From Octopus vulgaris (taxonomy: Eukaryota), in NCBI GenBank assembly GCA_951406725.2, contig OX597819.1, positions 74,834,001 to 74,898,000 of the forward strand: a stretch of DNA of 64,000 nt, read 5' to 3'. Positions 62,219 to 64,000 of the stretch are shown here, in pieces; the stretch's first letter is position 1; each line of letters starts with the position of its first letter. The position numbers and the translations under genes are program-made. The notes under the pieces were generated by a model. The model was not told the DNA's origin and did not search any database. It worked only from the letters and a program-made list of their open reading frames with translations.

Positions 62219-64000
62219 CACAATTTATTCCACATAATTTCGTAACCTTAATGAGGGAAATTAGTATTATTTAACCAGATTCGTATTTTGGGCAATTTAT
62301 TTTAAGATATATGTTGCTTTTGTTGTTGTTGTTGTTGATTAGTCCCGGGTGAGCTTCCCTTGAACAGGCCTGTATTCCCGTTGGGATCATCACATCTTCA
62401 ATCTTCGTAACAATCTCCCTCTCCCCCTCGCTCTCTCCCTCTCTCTCCCTTTCTCTCACTCCACTATCCAATGTGTCCTCTCTTTCTTTAATATAATCTG
62501 GTGAGAAGAGATCCTTATTTTAATTTAATGTATTAATGTTATAATCATTACATACATATATTTTTTAAATTCTTTATTTAATTCTTAATTATATATAATT
62601 ACTTTAATTATAAAATATCTAAATTTAATTTATTGTATAAATAGAATAGAAAAATTTAGTTGCTATTTTTAAAAGATCGACCGACCACGAAAATGTTCAT
62701 TCCCTGAGCTAATTAATAGTCAGTTAATCCCGTTCCTATTCTTTCGTTGTAATTATTCGCAGACAACGACGGGACACCTCCTCGCTACTGACTTGACCGA
62801 GAGACGCGATTCAGCCAAAACATCATAGCAATTGTAGCACACGACAGGTGAGGCTGGGAATTGGCTAACACTAGCAGAAGATGATGCATGTGAACTACGG
62901 CATCCATCACTTTAGTCTCTGCTGCCGGACCTCGTCAGTAATTCATGCATTCCAAACTTTTAGTGATGCACGCTTTGTGTAGCCTGGGCTTCCTGGTTTA
63001 GAATTACTCTACGGATGTGGAAACTGGAAAGTGATAAAAACGGAAGGGAAACCAATGGACAACGTTCCAATTCACATGCTTAAAGAGAATACTGGACCAT
63101 CAAGTGGCTGTAAAGAGTCTGAAATGACACAATTGAGACGACAACAGGCATCAAGAAGATCAGTGACGAAATAAGACAATTGACTGAAATATGGGTCAAA
63201 CATCACCTTAAATATGTAGTCGCCACTAAATATGGTAACTTGATGTGCTGTGGTCTTTGCTTAGTACTGAACAGACAGGGCTTTCAATGCAGATAACGTC
63301 AATTTATATTACATCTACGGTGGACTGTGTTAATCCTGTCTACTCCTCTATTCTCTCTCTTCCCGACAATATATTTGTTTCTTTACTACCCACAAGGGGC
63401 TAAACACAGAGGAGACAGACAAAGGGATTTAGTCGATTATATCGACCCCAGTGCGTAACTGGTACTAAATTTATCGACCCCGAATGGATGAAAGCCAAAG
63501 TCGACCTCGGCGGAATTTGAACTCAGAACGTAACGGCAGACGAAATACGGCTACGCAGTTCGCCCGGCGTGCCAACGTTTCTGCCAGCTCGCCGCCCTCC
63601 TCGACAATATATTACATCAATGATGAGTTGTATTTTGTCCTGTCTAGACCTCCATTTTCTCCACAACAAACTGCAAGGAACATAAAATAGAGCGCCTGAC
63701 ATCATCACAATTTTTACATTGAAATGAAACTGCTCAAATTAAATACCATTTAGACATACTCAGTGCCACAGTAAGTTCAAGCTTTCACAATCTCCTTCGC
63801 TAAAGGCGCAGTTACCCCCAAACAACCACACACACATTTACATCAAAGTTCCACTATATACTGTCCGATGAATATTAGCTCTTCATTCAGTCGTAACTCA
63901 CATACAAAACATACATATGTAATAGTGAATGTAATGTTGGAAAGTTTGACATTCAGTTGTATATTTACGAGGATGAGGTGTAGACCAGTGCTACCCAAAA

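Overview
Repeat-rich, AT-rich eukaryotic DNA. The SINE, LINE and microsatellite landscape is typical of a coleoid cephalopod, most likely Octopus sp. (inferred from repeat families, not confirmed by search). Two protein-coding genes are supportable. (1) A complete 3-coding-exon NUDT22 orthologue on + (2985-3458, 5310-5515, 7623-7872; 309 aa). (2) An unrecognised 165-aa protein in one coding exon on - (38684-38187), with an N-terminal RFxV (SPAK/OSR1-docking-type) motif and candidate non-coding upstream exons out to about 60 kb. The rest is tRNA-derived SINEs, decayed RTE, CR1 and R4/Dong LINE fragments, MITEs (mariner, pogo, hAT, piggyBac, Merlin-like), non-autonomous Helitrons and foldback elements. 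The most notable signals are three distinct repeat families carrying Penelope-type minimal hammerhead ribozyme motifs. One is a tRNA-headed SINE with Penelope-style inverted 5' tails, and another has a compensatory G3:C8 catalytic-core swap. Also notable are a Helitron with an apparent bypassed internal terminus and two MITEs with telomere-like cores. All structures were read by eye, and repeat boundaries are approximate unless TSDs or TIRs are quoted.
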